A stretch of DNA of 64,000 bases, taken from an uncultured delta proteobacterium. GTDB taxonomy: Bacteria; Myxococcota_A; Polyangia; Fen-1088. The position numbers and the translations under genes were made by a program. The notes below the pieces were generated by a model. It was not told the DNA's origin. It worked only from the letters and a program-made list of their open reading frames with translations, and searched no databases. Position 1 is the first letter of the stretch; each line of letters begins with the position of its first letter. The stretch covers positions 96,001 to 160,000 of the forward strand of contig CAVTRY010000014.1 in NCBI GenBank assembly GCA_963737265.1, written 5' to 3'. Shown here in pieces: positions 61,840-64,000 of this stretch.

Positions 61840-61895
61840 GGGAAACCCTGGGAGGGTTTCCCCAATTCCGCGACAAGCGCAGCGACGTCGCGGAA
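61840..61895. repeat. Divergent two-hairpin element related to the 80/84-bp repeats
   Basis: GGGAAACCC-tggga-GGGTTTCCC followed by TTCCGCGAC...GTCGCGGAA. Confidence 0.55.
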
Positions 61896-62082
61896 GGCGG
61901 CAGAAAGAGGGGCCTTTCCAGGAGGGACGCGCCACCCAGTTGGAGCGATGAATGGTGGTCGTAAACGTCGTTGTCGTCGTGGCCCTGGCCGTGGCCGACG
62001 AAGATCACTCCGGCCACGGCCACGACCTTCTGCACCTTTCGCGGAATTACGGGCCGGGCTTAGCCCGCCTTCGCCTACCGGA

Positions 62083-64000
62083 CTACGTCGGATTTTCATC
62101 GCCCGAACGGGAGACGGGCGGCACCGGCGAGGTGCCCCGGTCATCGAGCAGGGTCAGCGCCACGCTGACCGCGCGTTTCGCCTTGTCGATGGTCTTCTCG
62201 TCGTCCTTGATTCTGCGGTAGGCGCGCAGGGCTTGGTCCTCCAGATCGGCCACCTTGCTTTCGAGCCCGGTGATGCGGTCGCGGGCCTGGCCCAGCTTGA
62301 CCTCCCGGTCGCGCACGTCCGTGCGCGAGGTGTCGAGCTCGCCCTCGACGCGCAAGAGCCTGCGGTGGGTCTCCGCCAGTTCTTCGTTGCGCGCGTTCAA
62401 CTCGACTTCGATCTCAATCGCACGTGCCTGTGCTTGCGCCACATCGGCTCGGTTACGCTCGGCCGTCTCGGCCTTCTCGGCCAGGTGGCGCCGCTCCATC
62501 TCGGCTGTGGCGGCCTGGTGTTGTTCGTCGCGCGCTTGTAATTCGGAGCGCCGGCGCGCGTCGGCGAGGTCCAGGTCGCCCGCGCGACGCGCCTCGGCCT
62601 CCTCCAGCTCGCGGCGGCGCCGATCCTCGGCTGCGGCCAGGGCGTCGTCGGAATTGCGGCGTTGCTCGGCGAGGTCGTTCTTGTAGTCGCGATCCTTTTC
62701 CTCCAAGCTGGTCTGAGCGGCACGCTTCTCATTCTCGGTCGCGGCTGCGTGCTCCTCGCGCAAGACCGACAGGGCCTTCTCGTGCTCGCGACGAACGCGT
62801 GCAAGCTCGATCTCGTGGCCCTCCTCAAGCGAGGCGGTTTCTTCGCCGTGGCGCCTGTGAAGAAGCTCAATCTCGGCGGTATGGTTCGCGGTCAGGCGGC
62901 CAATCTCGGCTTGGACTTCCGCTTCCCGCGCGGATTTCTCCCCTTCGCGGTCATCCTTGAGGCGCGCCAATTCGCCGCGGTGCAACTCCTCGTCCTCGGC
63001 AATCTTGGCTTCGAGATCGTGGCGGACGCGATCGACCTCCGCGCGTGCACGATCTTCGAGGGTCGTCAGGCGTTTCTTGAGCAAATCGAGCTCGTCGTGG
63101 TTCTTGCCGATTTCGATGTGCGCATCGTCGAGTCGAACCTTGAGCCCGCGCTCGCGTTCGAGGCTCTTTTCCTTGTCCTGGCCAAGAGCCATCACTTTCT
63201 CGTTGGCGTGCATCAGGCTCTTCTCGAAGATCAGCATCTTCTCTTCGAGATCACGGCGCGCGCGCTCTTGCTCGCGCATGCGATCCTTGTGGTCGAGGAT
63301 CTGTCGATCCTTGGCGTCGACGGCGTCGCGCAGGTCGAGAACCTCTTTCTCCTTGCGATTGATGGTCTCGCGCAGGCCGAGCAGATCCCTTTCCTTGTGC
63401 AGCGGTTGCGCCTGAAGGTGCGATCGCAGATCGTCGATCACGGCGGCCAACTCGCGCTTTTCGTCCTCGAGATCGTGCACCCGTTTCTGCAAGTCGCTGA
63501 AGGCGGCGTCGTTGGCGGTGGTCGCCGCATAGGCAACCGCGGACGTGTTACGCACCTCATCGGGCAGCGGCGGCACATCCTCGGCCGAGCGACGCAGAAG
63601 GTCGGTGTCGCCCTCGACCTCGGCTGGAGGAGCGAGCATTTCGGCGGTAGCAGGTTCGGGGAACGGCACTGGCTCGGGAACCCCGTCCCGATCTTCGCCG
63701 GCTGGCGCCTGCTGGTCGAAGACGAGGCCCGGCAGGTCTTCGGCGTTGAACGCGTGTGGCACCACCCGGGTCGCTCCCTCTTCAACCCAACCCTCGTTGT
63801 CAGGGGGCGGTGGCATGGTGAACGGTGCGCTCGCCACAACCTGGTCGAGCGGCGGTGGCACCGCCACATTTTCGATTGCTTGCACCGGCGGTGGCGTCGA
63901 CATTTCCAGGGCATCGAACGCAGCTTCCGCTTCCTTTTCGAACATGGCGTCCAGCACGGGGTGAATGCCAAATTGATCCGCCGTTTCGGGCGAGCCGCCC
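62083..64000 (-). CDS. Large coiled-coil protein (5' end outside the window)
   Basis: Frame stays open to the window edge (GGSPETADQFGIHPVLD...); acidic Pro-rich linker then a long E/R/K-rich heptad region. Confidence 0.8.
   Translation of the reverse strand, partial: GGSPETADQFGIHPVLDAMFEKEAEAAFDALEMSTPPPVQAIENVAVPPPLDQVVASAPFTMPPPPDNEGWVEEGATRVVPHAFNAEDLPGLVFDQQAPAGEDRDGVPEPVPFPEPATAEMLAPPAEVEGDTDLLRRSAEDVPPLPDEVRNTSAVAYAATTANDAAFSDLQKRVHDLEDEKRELAAVIDDLRSHLQAQPLHKERDLLGLRETINRKEKEVLDLRDAVDAKDRQILDHKDRMREQERARRDLEEKMLIFEKSLMHANEKVMALGQDKEKSLERERGLKVRLDDAHIEIGKNHDELDLLKKRLTTLEDRARAEVDRVRHDLEAKIAEDEELHRGELARLKDDREGEKSAREAEVQAEIGRLTANHTAEIELLHRRHGEETASLEEGHEIELARVRREHEKALSVLREEHAAATENEKRAAQTSLEEKDRDYKNDLAEQRRNSDDALAAAEDRRRRELEEAEARRAGDLDLADARRRSELQARDEQHQAATAEMERRHLAEKAETAERNRADVAQAQARAIEIEVELNARNEELAETHRRLLRVEGELDTSRTDVRDREVKLGQARDRITGLESKVADLEDQALRAYRRIKDDEKTIDKAKRAVSVALTLLDDRGTSPVPPVSRSGDENPT

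Overview
GC-rich bacterial chromosomal window; gene content and order suggest a Myxococcota/deltaproteobacterial genome (inference). From left to right: (1) an unlisted >519-aa ORF running off the left edge, gene remnants, fba, and a decayed defence locus (PLD-helicase stub plus DUF6577/AbiEii type IV TA pair); (2) a sulfatase-fold membrane enzyme and iscS-mnmA; (3) a ~19-kb surface-glycan cluster with glycosyltransferases, an ACP/FkbH/MBOAT module, a beta-helix lipoprotein and a second FkbH fused to a carrier domain and a Cys-type thioesterase; (4) two paralogous multiheme cytochrome c / cytochrome b pairs with a two-component system and a BlaR1-like peptidase; (5) housekeeping genes rpmE, prfA, pepF, groES/groEL, cyaY and hflX. 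The most striking feature is a 3,550-bp transposon (54924-58473) with 18-bp imperfect TIRs, a 9-bp target duplication, a SWIM-finger DDE (IS5-like) transposase and six passenger ORFs. It is inserted in a tandem array of an 80-bp two-hairpin repeat whose second hairpin resembles the transposon end. Relatives of that repeat sit in frame inside hflX and upstream of it. Several single-base frameshifts in short homopolymers look like long-read assembly errors. No rRNA, tRNA or CRISPR array was recognised.
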